Shown in pieces: positions 10,132 to 20,579 of a stretch of DNA of 64,000 nucleotides. Under the pieces are notes generated by a model. It worked only from the letters and a program-made list of their open reading frames with translations. It was not told where the DNA came from and did no database searches. Location: NCBI GenBank assembly GCA_963828195.1, contig CAWHDT010000003.1, positions 384,001 to 448,000 of the forward strand, in the 5' to 3' direction. Numbering within the stretch: the first letter of the stretch is position 1; each line of letters opens with the position of its first letter. Position numbers and translations under genes: made by a program. Origin of the DNA: Candidatus Bathyarchaeota archaeon (GTDB lineage: Archaea; Thermoproteota; Bathyarchaeia; Bathyarchaeales; Bathycorpusculaceae).

Positions 10132-10353
10132 CATACGATGCATCTTTATTCAAGAGCCCCTAATCTTGAGCTAAAATAAACGTCTCCGTCGTAGTTCCCT
10201 TCTGAAAGCGTCACAAAGAACTTGATAAAATAAATGTACGTTGTGTTTTTGGAATCTTGTTTTCCTGGCTTTGCGGCGCAATGTATTTAAATTCCAACGA
10301 TAGGTATAGACAAACATAACGTGTGAAGCGTAGAAAAAGTTTGGAGAATCGTT

Positions 10354-10602
10354 ATGATACGTGCATTTGTTATGCTTAACGTCGAGACCGGCGCAGAAGA
10401 AAAAGTGTTAACACGCCTCAAGGCCATGGATATGGTAGAGGAAGCTTATGTATCCTATGGCGTTTATGACCTTATTATAAAGATCAAAGCAGATTCCATG
10501 GAAGAATTAAAAGAGGCCGTAATACGTAAAATAAGATCTACCGATCAAGTGCAATCCACACTGACATTGGTGTTGACTGAAGCAACGGCTAATCCCGCAT
10601 AA
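10354..10602 (+). CDS. Lrp/AsnC ligand-binding (RAM) domain protein
   Basis: AFVMLNVETG...YGVYDLIIKI...STLTLV. Confidence 0.9.
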   Translation: MIRAFVMLNVETGAEEKVLTRLKAMDMVEEAYVSYGVYDLIIKIKADSMEELKEAVIRKIRSTDQVQSTLTLVLTEATANPA

Positions 10603-10627
10603 TTTTGAAATCAACGTAAGTGCGGTT

Positions 10628-10873
10628 TTAAGATTGATATGCAATTATGGTTTTTATTATTAATAGCATCAAGATTTCCTCTTCTAATCGCTGTCCAGTA
10701 GCTTTTTTATGGTCAACCATATGCGCTTTTATGGCTTTGTCCATTTCAATTAAGTCGGGGATGACCAAAATATTGGCTCCACATGAACATTTGAAGATTG
10801 GCATTTTACCAATTTTTTTAATTCTCATACCAGAATTTTTTATCTGAATTTTAGCTGGCTCATTAGCCTCCAT
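10628..10873 (-). CDS. Small putative Zn-binding protein
   Basis: CSCG...HMVDH Cys/His pattern. Confidence 0.6.
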   Translation of the reverse strand: MEANEPAKIQIKNSGMRIKKIGKMPIFKCSCGANILVIPDLIEMDKAIKAHMVDHKKATGQRLEEEILMLLIIKTIIAYQS

Positions 10874-11187
10874 CTTATCACCTTAACATGTGGGGTCTGA
10901 AGTATTCTGTATTGAGATTATGTTTACCAGCTGGGATAACGGTTTTTGAAAAGTCTGGTTCGCCAATTTAGTGAAGATGCCTTTGCAAGAAAGCGAAGTC
11001 AACTTGACAAATTTTTGTTATGCCTGCTAAAGTATTTTTGTGCACAGTGGCAGGGGTTTTAGGCTTCAGTGTGCTGTTTAGACCTAAAATTACAGGTTGA
11101 CACTCATAAGAACGGTGCCGTTGCAGAGTTAACATGAGTCGTAAATTGCTCAACATATCAAGGCATGAGCGTCCATTCCCTCTCTGT

Positions 11188-11400
11188 TCAAAGACCTGTA
11201 ATAATGCCGATTATTGTTATGCCAACCGTTATCAAAAACAGCACTCCTGTAGCGAGGGCGGCGTTGCGGAGCTTTTTCTTGTTTATTGTAAGATTCTTCA
11301 GTTGGGAAGACGAGGAAAGTTCGGCTATAATCAGGAGTACGATTGCTCCGACTGCAAGCAGAAAGGTAAGGTCAGAAAATGCTATGGGAGGGAGCTGCAT
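11188..11400 (-). CDS. Small two-TM membrane protein
   Basis: Two hydrophobic segments; 2 nt downstream of the 11403-12176 gene. Confidence 0.65.
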   Translation of the reverse strand: MQLPPIAFSDLTFLLAVGAIVLLIIAELSSSSQLKNLTINKKKLRNAALATGVLFLITVGITIIGIITGL

Positions 11401-11402
11401 GT

Positions 11403-12176
11403 TTATTCCTCAAGTATTCGGTATTCTATTCTTGTGGTTTTGGTTTCTTGGTTGTGGGTTTCGTTTTGGATAGTTACGGGTTTTCCTGCAGCTTTGGCTA
11501 AGGCACAGGCGATGGCGCTGCTGAGAAGACAGCCGACTTGCTTATGGGTTTTTGGTTTGGAATCGGTTTGTCGGCAAGCTTCGTCTAATATGCTTCCCGT
11601 TATTTCCGTGGCAACTGTGTCATTTTGGATTTGCATCTCGACATTTTCCGCAAGTTCCAGGTCTACGACCAGTATTTTTGGGAGTTTGACCTGAAGCTGG
11701 TTGAGGTCGATTTTTGTGAATGAAGACCTTAGTTCATCTTCGAAGAGACGTGAGAGAGCCGCTCCAGGCGGAGTGATTAACGCTCCAGTTTTCCCATTTG
11801 TAAGTAGCTTTTCGTATGTTTCTTCAGAGGTAGGCATTGGGGTTTCGTTGGTTTTCGGGATGAATACGAGGCTGGATTCGATGTCGCTGAGGTTTTTGGG
11901 AGGCAAGTAGACTCCTTTCTCGGTTAGGTTTAGCTCCAAGATTACCCGTTCGATGTTTGCTGTGGCTGCTTCGGCAGAAGCGTTTAGCAGCGTTAAGGGC
12001 ACATGCTTGGTAGGAGTAATGTAGAGAAGTATGGCTCCAAAGAAGATAATTGCCACGCCCATTATGGCTAAAAAAGACGAAACGAAAAAAGATGAAACCA
12101 CAACTAACGCAACGCCGAGCGATAACATAGCAATGACGATTATCTGGTTAAAGGTCGTTCTTTTTTGTCGAGACAT
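11403..12176 (-). CDS. Membrane protein with V4R-like C-terminal domain
   Basis: N-terminal TM hairpin; C...GCLLSSAIACALAK pattern. Confidence 0.65.
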   Translation of the reverse strand: MSRQKRTTFNQIIVIAMLSLGVALVVVSSFFVSSFLAIMGVAIIFFGAILLYITPTKHVPLTLLNASAEAATANIERVILELNLTEKGVYLPPKNLSDIESSLVFIPKTNETPMPTSEETYEKLLTNGKTGALITPPGAALSRLFEDELRSSFTKIDLNQLQVKLPKILVVDLELAENVEMQIQNDTVATEITGSILDEACRQTDSKPKTHKQVGCLLSSAIACALAKAAGKPVTIQNETHNQETKTTRIEYRILEE

Positions 12177-12595
12177 TCTAAGGTCACTTTGAATTGGAAT
12201 CTACTTTATCACATGATAACGACTTATTTAAAAAACAAGGTTCTTTTAATAGAATAATTGATTGGCTCAATTAATGGTAACAAAAATTAGACGTTCTATC
12301 TTAGCCCTATGAATTTTTAATCTATTTTTTATTCTTTAATGTTCTAGAAAACAAGTTTTTGTTTTTCTTCTTACTTTTTATGCTAGATGGAGCTCAGTTT
12401 ACTTCAGAGATCGATGGTTCCTCTGTGTCGGCAGTGAAAAACGGAAAACAGAAAAGGTGAGGTATTTTTGAAAAAAAGCTTTAAGTGGAATAAGCGTTAC
12501 GGGCACCAATTAGAACTGTACTTATGTTGTTCATTTGTGAAGATTGCTTTGTGCAACAACACAGTTTATTAAATCGTAAATCTTCAGATATTAAT

Positions 12596-14411
12596 TTGTT
12601 CAGAAAAAAACGAATAAACAAGCCAAGAAATACCGCGAGGAAGCAAAACGAAAAACCAGTTCTTAGCCGCCCTTGCAGTCGTCATCGTTTTGATAGCACT
12701 CTCCATAAGCTCGAGCACCGCATCTCCCCAAACCTCCATTAATATTCAGTCGAACGGAGCTGTACAAGAACCTTCACCTTCACCAATGCCCACTCCAACA
12801 CCAACTCCAACGGAAACCTATTCCTATATCATAAGCGTCTCAGGCTCTAATTACCAAATGACAGATGGAACCACAGAACAAATGGTATTTCAAAGCACAA
12901 ATTCCAGTCAAGTGTTCAGTAATGTAGTTGGAAATTGCTCTGTTGGATCCAGCATTGATGTTGAAAGCGGCGTTTACGCGGTAAATACGGTGTGGACTAT
13001 GATGAACGTCAACAACCTCACTTTAAATTTTGAGGAAGGTGCGACGCTTTTCGCTGGAAACAACCTTGATTCCCCAGTTCTCTTCCTAAACAACACCAAT
13101 AATTGTTTGTTAACAGGTGTAAATATTAATGGCAACTCTGCAAATCAAGCAACAGAGTCATACCCCTATTGGTCCTCTGGACTTTTAATTTTCGGTTCAA
13201 ACGATCAAGTTAGCAATGCATACATTTACGATTGCCGCGTTATGGGCGTTGAAATTGCGGTTGGCGGAAACGTATCTTCTTCTTCCGCTGATAAAGTTGT
13301 GAATAGTACAATATTTGGTTGCGGATGGAACGGCATTGGCATAGGAAACCCGAATATTGTAAACACCATCATTTCAAACAACGATATTAGCGGTTGTAGC
13401 GACGTTGGTATAAGCACTTATGGTACTGGTACTCAGATAATTGGGAATTATGTTCATGACTTGAACGGCACCATAGGTGGGGGAGGCAATGCAGAGTGGG
13501 GCATCGCTGTTGAGGGAGGAAGCAACGCCACAATAACCCAGAACACCGTTCAAAACTGTTCAATTGGAATAGAGGATAGCGGGATGGATTACTGTGTTAT
13601 TTCAAACAATCTCGTGGTTGGCGCAAGTCAAGCCAGGCCTCAATATGGGATTGTATTGTCAGATGGTTACGGTACAAATGGCTGTTATTATAATTCTGTT
13701 ACTGACAATAATGTTACGGGAATATATTGTAATACAACTTTATATTTGGGCGGTATCGGAATATTTCTTCAGGGTGCAACTTTCAATTTTGTAGGTGGAA
13801 ACTACGTTTCTCAGTGCGGGAGCGACGGAATCTACCTTGACTCACCCAGCAATAATAACAATGTGACCCAGAATACATTTTCTGACCAAACTGTAGGTCA
13901 ATACTATACTATGGCGATAGGTGGAAGCGGGATAGAAATAGCTGGAACCAGCAATTACATAAGTCAAAACCAGGCTTTTGACGATCGCTCGGGTTCTTCC
14001 AGAACGCAGCAATATGGCTTAGCTCTGGATTTGGGTGCAGCTAACAATAATCTGACTGGAAATAATGTGTACGGCAACGTAGTGGCGCAGATTTATGATG
14101 TTAATGTTCCTGAGAACATGATGGTAAGCAATGTTGGTTATAATCCGGTTGGTTCTATTGTGAAGCCGATTTCGGGTAACACGGCGTACCTTGTGGATTC
14201 CGGAAGCAACTCCACCTGGATAAGCGGAAAAGTGTATACGAACTCTGGCTCGCCTAAAGAACTGATTATTACTGGCGGAACAGTTTCCGCCGTCGCCAAA
14301 AATGGGGTGACCCTTTTCACAGCGACAGGATGCACGGTGACTCTACAGCCAGAAGACACTTTCAGCATAACCTTCAGTCAAGCCCCAACCATCAGCGTCA
14401 GTGGAGAGTAA
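12596..14411 (+). CDS. Secreted right-handed beta-helix (pectin-lyase/NosD-like) protein; N-terminus probably frameshifted
   Basis: Asn/Gly-rich parallel beta-helix repeats and PT linker. The hydrophobic signal (FLAALAVVIVLIAL) precedes TTG 12690 with no in-frame start; a basic N-terminus from TTG 12596 is one frame off. Confidence 0.78.
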
Positions 14412-14803
14412 GTCGGTTTTTTTTAACAGAATTATTCCCGCGATTATCAGGGCTATTAATACAGGATTTTGTGCAGAACGAGTCATTTTCATCTATCGCG
14501 TTACCACATTTAGTGCAGCAAGGCATAACCAAACTCTTGCGTACAAGCGGTTACGGTGTTTCAAATATTAAAAATTAAGTACTGGGCACGAAATGGCCGT
14601 TACAAGGCACTATTTGTAGTTAATCATCCGTTGCCGTCCGTGTAACTCTGAGCTATCATCTGGTGTCTAGCTAATGCCTTCTCATCATCCGGCAAGAACC
14701 ATTTAGCGCCGCAAAGATAAAAGAGTATAGATGCCGATTCATTTTTAGATAAGAACGCTTTTATTTTTCGGTTGAAACCTTATTTTAAATGGAGAAAATC
14801 ACC

Positions 14804-15376
14804 ATGAATTTTGTTGGTAGTCAAACAGAAAAAAACGTGTTGGCGGCGTTTGCAGGCGAGTCTCAGGCAAGAAACAGATATACTTTTTTCGCGAGTGTAG
14901 CCCGAAAAGAAGGGTACGAGCAAATCGGCGCCATTTTCGAGGAAACATCCGCTAACGAGAAAGAGCATGCAGAACTATTCTTTAAACATCTTAAGGGCGG
15001 CATGGTTGAAATCAAAGCTTCTTACCCAGCCGGCGTCATCGCATCAACCGCTGAAAACCTGAAAGCTTCTGCAGCTGGAGAGAAGCTTGAGTGGGGAACA
15101 CTTTACCCCGACTTTTCAGAAGTTGCTGACAGAGAAGGCTTCTCAGATGTCGCGAATACATTTCGGGCAATCGCAAAAGTAGAAGCGTACCATGAAAGAA
15201 GATACAATAAACTTCTTGAAACCATGCAGAAGGGCCAAGTGTTCAAGAAAGATCAGCAGGTTAAATGGAAATGTCGGAACTGCGGTTTCGTCTTTGAAGG
15301 AAAAGAACCACCTGAAAAATGTCCTGTATGCGCTCATCCAAGAGCATACTTTGAAGTCTGGGTTGAAAACTATTGA
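14804..15376 (+). CDS. rbr: Rubrerythrin
   Basis: AFAGESQARNRY, EKEHA, EAYHE and C-terminal CRNCG...CPVC rubredoxin domain. Confidence 0.95.
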   Translation: MNFVGSQTEKNVLAAFAGESQARNRYTFFASVARKEGYEQIGAIFEETSANEKEHAELFFKHLKGGMVEIKASYPAGVIASTAENLKASAAGEKLEWGTLYPDFSEVADREGFSDVANTFRAIAKVEAYHERRYNKLLETMQKGQVFKKDQQVKWKCRNCGFVFEGKEPPEKCPVCAHPRAYFEVWVENY

Positions 15377-15537
15377 TTTATTAGAAGTTAGTTACAACCC
15401 CAAACTCTTTTTTGCTTAATTGTAATGACGCCTCCCAGTCTAACCGCCCGAAAATTTTTCCGTTATGCCCCACCTAACCAAAATTATATTAATAAAAAAA
15501 CCATAATAGCGAAAGGGCGAGAAAATGCTGACTCAGG

Positions 15538-15861
15538 GTGTTAGCGTGGGGAGCAATTGTAATGTCATTAATGTTCGAAATAGGTTTCCTCTTTGTATTA
15601 ACTTTTGTTGGAACACAAGCTAATTATCTTACGTTGATTTTAATCATCGTTGGAGCTATGTCCATAACTGGTTTTTTGTTCCCGTATAACCGGATTATTA
15701 AAGCCAATGCAGCGTACTGCGTTGACAAATCCTTGGACGCCATACAATACTTAAGAAAATTCAAAGGGGCATCCTTCTCGTTTGCTTCTTTTTTTCTAAC
15801 AGGCGGTTTTGCGGCAGCTTTCCTTATTCTGGCACCGTTTTGTTTTTTACCAATCCATTGA
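15538..15861 (+). CDS. Small three-TM membrane protein
   Basis: Hydrophobic ORF; true start may be ATG 15525 with a +1 frameshift. Confidence 0.55.
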   Translation: MLAWGAIVMSLMFEIGFLFVLTFVGTQANYLTLILIIVGAMSITGFLFPYNRIIKANAAYCVDKSLDAIQYLRKFKGASFSFASFFLTGGFAAAFLILAPFCFLPIH

Positions 15862-15881
15862 TTAGCTGTTGAGGGCTTAAT

Positions 15882-16703
15882 TTGGGAAAAGAGTTTGAAG
15901 TATTCAAAAAACCAAGCATGGAAACAAAAATTTGGCGTTACATGGATTTTACTAAATTTGTGTCTATACTGAGCAAAAGCGCACTGTATTTTACCAGAAT
16001 GGACTTATTAGACGACACATTTGAAGGCTCTATTCCTAAATATTTTCATTCCAAAAAGTCAGCAGAAGCCAAGAGGCAACTCAAAGGGATATTTCCTGAA
16101 GATTACAACAAGCGCTATAAAGAGATGCTGAACGCAGAAAAGAAACTCGACCGACTCTTTTATAAGTTCAATAAAGCCAAAAGAAAATTGGCGTTTATAA
16201 ACAGTTGGCACGTTAACGAATCTGAGTCTGCCGCAATGTGGCGATTATACCTTAAAAGCCCAGAGGGCGTTGTTTTTCAATCGACGTTCAACAGATTAAG
16301 TGACTCTTTTATTCAAAAAGGAAACGTCATTTTTGGCATGATATATTACGTGGACGATTATAACAAAGAGTCCAAAGACTTCAGCGACATCAACTTTTAC
16401 CTTCATTCCTTCCCATTCATGTTTAAAAGAAAATGCTTTGAGTACGAAAAAGAGCTTAGAGCCGTAATCTTGACAGAACCAGTAACTGAAAAAGCAAAGA
16501 AGCAGTATTTAACGAAACTGGGCATAAAAGGTATGCCGGAAGGTTTAGATGAGCAAGTCGATTTGCACAAATTAGTTGAAAAAATCTATGTGTCTCCAAC
16601 CGCTGGAGCGTGGTTTGAAGAGTTGGTCCGGTCTGTTGTGGATAAATATGGCTTTAATTTAGAGATTACGCGATCTTCGTTAGCAGATAACCCAACTTTT
16701 TGA
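15882..16703 (+). CDS. DUF2971-like protein
   Basis: KIWRYMDFTKF..L...LYF, D.FEG, SWH...ESAAMWRLY, KR..FEYEKELR pattern. Confidence 0.75.
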   Translation: MGKEFEVFKKPSMETKIWRYMDFTKFVSILSKSALYFTRMDLLDDTFEGSIPKYFHSKKSAEAKRQLKGIFPEDYNKRYKEMLNAEKKLDRLFYKFNKAKRKLAFINSWHVNESESAAMWRLYLKSPEGVVFQSTFNRLSDSFIQKGNVIFGMIYYVDDYNKESKDFSDINFYLHSFPFMFKRKCFEYEKELRAVILTEPVTEKAKKQYLTKLGIKGMPEGLDEQVDLHKLVEKIYVSPTAGAWFEELVRSVVDKYGFNLEITRSSLADNPTF

Positions 16704-16767
16704 CAGCAATTATTTCTTAGAAACATTTGCTTAAATAAAAATGATCTAAAATCAGAAAATGTCTACA

Positions 16768-17724
16768 TTAATGGAAAAGCTGCAAAAGAATAGCTATAAC
16801 CACTAAAGAAACAGCAAAATACGGTGAACGGGCTACAGACTTTAAGGTATCAGTGGGCGTGACGACGGTTATCATTAAAGATAATTCGGACATTGGGTAT
16901 TCCTTTTCACCCCTTCCTGTTTTGATATTTTTTAACGCTGTTAACGCATCTCTAAGATCCTCTTTGCGTTGCACTCTCCCCAAAGACTTGAGGAAGAGTT
17001 GAATTTGATCCGTAACTACGACCAGCCCTTCATCTTTTCCTGCCAGAAATTCGCAGCAAAGTATCTTGCTATATTCGTTTAAACCCTCAAGACTGACAGG
17101 GACGAGCATTGAACGATTGAGATAGTCATTATATGCTTTTAATCCAGTATCAAAAAGACTTGTTAAGCTCTTTATTATTTTCTTTCTTTCCAGATCATCC
17201 TGTGTATGTGTTAGATTTATTGCTTTAACTAAGGCCAATTTAATGTAAATACGAGCCTTCCTGAATCTCGTTAAAGAGCCGAATAGCAAAAAAATCATTA
17301 TAAACAGTAATGCAATCGTAATATTGAGAGAATAATCAGCTAAAGAAAAAAATTCTCCGTTATTTTTGACCCACTGAGGAAAATAAACGCTCAATGACAA
17401 GGAAGCAGCAAACAATAATACGAAAATCGACATTAGAAATGCAACGAAATATATTCGGTATTTATCTAAAAAAATAAGGCTCTCTTGGTACAGTTCCTTC
17501 CTGCCCAATGACCTGAAGATTAAAGCGTGTGTTAAAACTACAACTGCGAGAATAGTTGCCCAAATATAGACTCCTAAAGACACTGGTGTCAAAAAGTGTA
17601 TGATGATCTCAAAAATGGTTAAGAGCATTATGATTATGCTTAGCTCAATGAGCCTAATGTGCTGTCCATACGACTGGTAAAACCTTTCGCTCGGTTTTAT
17701 TCTTCTAAACGCTTCTCTAAGCAT
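16768..17724 (-). CDS. Multi-pass membrane protein, unknown function
   Basis: Four N-terminal TM segments, soluble helical region, C-terminal TM; AT-rich. Confidence 0.65.
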   Translation of the reverse strand: MLREAFRRIKPSERFYQSYGQHIRLIELSIIIMLLTIFEIIIHFLTPVSLGVYIWATILAVVVLTHALIFRSLGRKELYQESLIFLDKYRIYFVAFLMSIFVLLFAASLSLSVYFPQWVKNNGEFFSLADYSLNITIALLFIMIFLLFGSLTRFRKARIYIKLALVKAINLTHTQDDLERKKIIKSLTSLFDTGLKAYNDYLNRSMLVPVSLEGLNEYSKILCCEFLAGKDEGLVVVTDQIQLFLKSLGRVQRKEDLRDALTALKNIKTGRGEKEYPMSELSLMITVVTPTDTLKSVARSPYFAVSLVVIAILLQLFH

Positions 17725-17859
17725 AAATGCTAATAATGTTTTAGAGTTAAATAATTTGGCGTCTCTACAGAGTAACTTTTTGCATTGACCGAAATTGGCT
17801 ATATTTTTGAGTGTGATAAGCACTTTTTCACTATTTTCATTGTGTGAAGGGGAAAATGT

Positions 17860-18495
17860 GTGACTGTAATTGTCCCAGAAAAAGAAGAAGTTGAATTAAT
17901 AAATGCCAGTAAGAACATTCTTGCAAAATTTAAAATTGAGGGGCTAACCAGCGGAGCAATCCACGAAATTATTATTGACGACAGAACCGGTAGAGTTTTA
18001 AGCGGTAGCCACCGAAAGAAATCTGACCCAGCTTGGCCTGAGAATCATATCCGCACAAAAAACGAGTTAGAAGCCCAACTCATCATTCTGCACAGCAACT
18101 TCCAAAGGCAAGTTTCCAGCGAGGAAACATGTGTTCATCTGCTAAAAATAGCCGAATGTCTTGAAGCTGAACAAGGGATTCCAAAACACAGAATCGCGCA
18201 GACATTGCTCGAATACTTACCAATGTCGCAGCGCAGAATTCAAGAACTGCTACCACGCGAATACAAAGAAAAACCGCGCACTCCACCAGGAACAAACGCC
18301 CAAAAAATGAACCAAGAGGAAAGAGAAGCCCTCCAAAAGATTGAGGAAAAACTAAAAGAATTAACTGGAAAATCAGTACAGCCTTCCGACGACATGACTG
18401 ATGCTTTATGCCCAAAGACGGTGTACCGTACAGTCCTTATCCATCAAAAGAATGCAAGTGCCAGGGCTGTCAACATGAGAATAATTGCCCTATGA
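17860..18495 (+). CDS. ParB/Sulfiredoxin-like N-terminal domain protein
   Basis: IIIDDRTGRVLSGSHR...HSNFQRQVS followed by an HTH-like segment. Confidence 0.6.
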   Translation: MTVIVPEKEEVELINASKNILAKFKIEGLTSGAIHEIIIDDRTGRVLSGSHRKKSDPAWPENHIRTKNELEAQLIILHSNFQRQVSSEETCVHLLKIAECLEAEQGIPKHRIAQTLLEYLPMSQRRIQELLPREYKEKPRTPPGTNAQKMNQEEREALQKIEEKLKELTGKSVQPSDDMTDALCPKTVYRTVLIHQKNASARAVNMRIIAL

Positions 18496-18579
18496 CTAAT
18501 CTTGTATATAACCTTTAATAACTGTTAAGTTTGGGTTGAAAACTACTAACAACCCTTTTTTTATAAAAATCGTTCGTGC

Positions 18580-19086
18580 CTAAACGATATATTTGCCTGT
18601 TTTTTCAAAATCCTTAACAATTTCCATGACACGCTTGGGTGCATTGAATGGTCCCAGCGGAATATCTTTTAGAAGAACCCATGGGCTTTTGCAAGCTAAA
18701 ACCGTTGCAATATGCTGTTCTCCAAAGCATTTTTTGGCGACTTGAACCACCATGTGCCGCACCTCAACCTCAGAGAGTTCCCCGAGGGCATGCAGGTACT
18801 CGTGCAGCAAAAGATTGTAGGTTAATGCGTTCACTGTTGATTTGGAGCTGACAGAGTGCTCAACAATTTCGACGAGCGCGCGGTTCAAAACGATGTTGTT
18901 GGTTCCCACGGGGTAGTACGCTCCAAGCTGAAGAGGCAAATCATCCAGAAACAGCATCATGCCCTCCCTTTTTTTGCCTTGAGCGAACTCCACTGTATCT
19001 TTTACTATCTGCCATACTTGACCGTAATTTTCGGCATTGTCTAGCTGTGAAGCAAACCGATTTTCTGCTTGTGAATCAGCACTCAA
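18580..19086 (-). CDS. Zincin-like metallopeptidase
   Basis: LLHEYLHALG..E (HExxH) motif. Confidence 0.75.
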   Translation of the reverse strand: MSADSQAENRFASQLDNAENYGQVWQIVKDTVEFAQGKKREGMMLFLDDLPLQLGAYYPVGTNNIVLNRALVEIVEHSVSSKSTVNALTYNLLLHEYLHALGELSEVEVRHMVVQVAKKCFGEQHIATVLACKSPWVLLKDIPLGPFNAPKRVMEIVKDFEKTGKYIV

Positions 19087-19196
19087 AAAGTAAGCTCACC
19101 TTTATGGAAGAGTGAATATGAACTAGGCTTTAAGTTTTGCAGCCCCACACCACAAAAGAAAGGGCCTACCGCAAAACGTAACTTAAATCATTAGTT

Positions 19197-20206
19197 ATTT
19201 CAATTCTACCTTAGCTCGATTTCAACATTGCATCGAAGCCCTATTATCTCAGCTTCTAATCTATTTCAATTCTACCTTAGCTCGATTTCAACCTGCAAGC
19301 AGTGTTTACGTGCTTATGGTTGTTTCCGCATTTCAATTCTACCTTAGCTCGATTTCAACCGCCTCAAACGATTCTTTTTGTAATCTTTCGCCTTTATTTC
19401 AATTCTACCTTAGCTCGATTTCAACCTGGTCCACTGTAAGGTGTCGCTGTTGGGTTAGTCGATTTCAATTCTACCTTAGCTCGATTTCAACCGCCTCAAA
19501 CGATTCTTTTTGTAATCTTTCGCCTTTATTTCAATTCTACCTTAGCTCGATTTCAACCTGGTCCACTGTAAGGTGTCGCTGTTGGGTTAGTCGATTTCAA
19601 TTCTACCTTAGCTCGATTTCAACCGCTTTTCTTTTTAACTGCGCCACTATTGATTTTTCATTTCAATTCTACCTTAGCTCGATTTCAACATGAAAACGTC
19701 ACGGTGTTGATGGAGGAATCTCAGCATTTCAATTCTACCTTAGCTCGATTTCAACCACAATCAACACTGTTATGTCCGCCGTAACGTTAAGCAATTTCAA
19801 TTCTACCTTAGCTCGATTTCAACATAATGAGCTAATTTGCTAGTGCCATCTGGTTTGCGGATTTCAATTCTACCTTAGCTCGATTTCAACGAAATTCTCT
19901 GATGTTGCACACCTGTTCATGGATTTAATATTTCAATTCTACCTTAGCTCGATTTCAACGAAATTCTCTGATGTTGCGCACCGTTCAGGTTATAATATTT
20001 CAATTCTACCTTAGCTCGATTTCAACAGCTGTCAACGAGGACAATTCTGAGTGATTCAATCTCTGAGTCATTTACGCTCTAATGCATCGTCCTGCAACAA
20101 ATTTCAATTCTACCTTAGCTCGATTTCAACTATAACGCTCCAATGATATCTCTATTGACAACGACTAGATAACTAAATTTCAATTCTACCTTAGCTCGAT
20201 TTCAAC
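19197..20206 (-). CRISPR. CRISPR array: 15 identical 30-bp repeats (GTTGAAATCGAGCTAAGGTAGAATTGAAAT), 14 spacers
   Basis: Repeat starts on +: 19197, 19263, 19330, 19396, 19462, 19528, 19594, 19660, 19726, 19794, 19861, 19930, 19997, 20101, 20177. Most spacers are 36-39 bp; the ATTGAAAN 3' end gives the orientation. Confidence 0.98.
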
Positions 20207-20311
20207 AGGGCGGTTTTTACGCTTGTTTTTACTATCAAAGCAGGGAATTTAAGGTTTTTCAGGTGCCGTAAAAGTCAAGGTGCAACGGTGCCTCTGATTT
20301 ATAAATGCTTA
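20207..20311 (-). promoter_or_regulatory. CRISPR leader
   Basis: Non-coding gap between the cas2 stop and first repeat; minus-strand GAAAAACCTTAAAT BRE/TATA-like motif ~40 nt before the repeat. Confidence 0.75.
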
Positions 20312-20575
20312 CTAGAGTACGGTTGTCACTTCGCTTTTTTCTATGCCTAAAACTTCTTTGGTGACCCATTTCGGGTCCGGCGTTTCATAAAAAATGATGG
20401 AGTCTTTGTCTTTCTCAATAAGCTTGTTCAAGCCCACCTTTACTTTTGCCACTTCACCCTCTTTAAGTTCGCCTTCAAACGCAGAGTTTTGCACCCAATT
20501 CAAGTATTGCTTTAGGTATTTCCGCACTCTGTCTATTCTTTCGACAGCTATATCGTAAACTACTATTATGTACAT
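20312..20575 (-). CDS. cas2: Cas2
   Basis: MYIIVVYDI...WVQNSAFEG. Confidence 0.95.
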   Translation of the reverse strand: MYIIVVYDIAVERIDRVRKYLKQYLNWVQNSAFEGELKEGEVAKVKVGLNKLIEKDKDSIIFYETPDPKWVTKEVLGIEKSEVTTVL

Positions 20576-20579
20576 CGCG

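Noticed and set aside
19310-19693. 127-aa repetitive ORF
   Set aside because: It is a translation of the CRISPR array.
19227-20176. Self-targeting spacers
   Set aside because: No match elsewhere in the window was seen by eye; needs a proper search.
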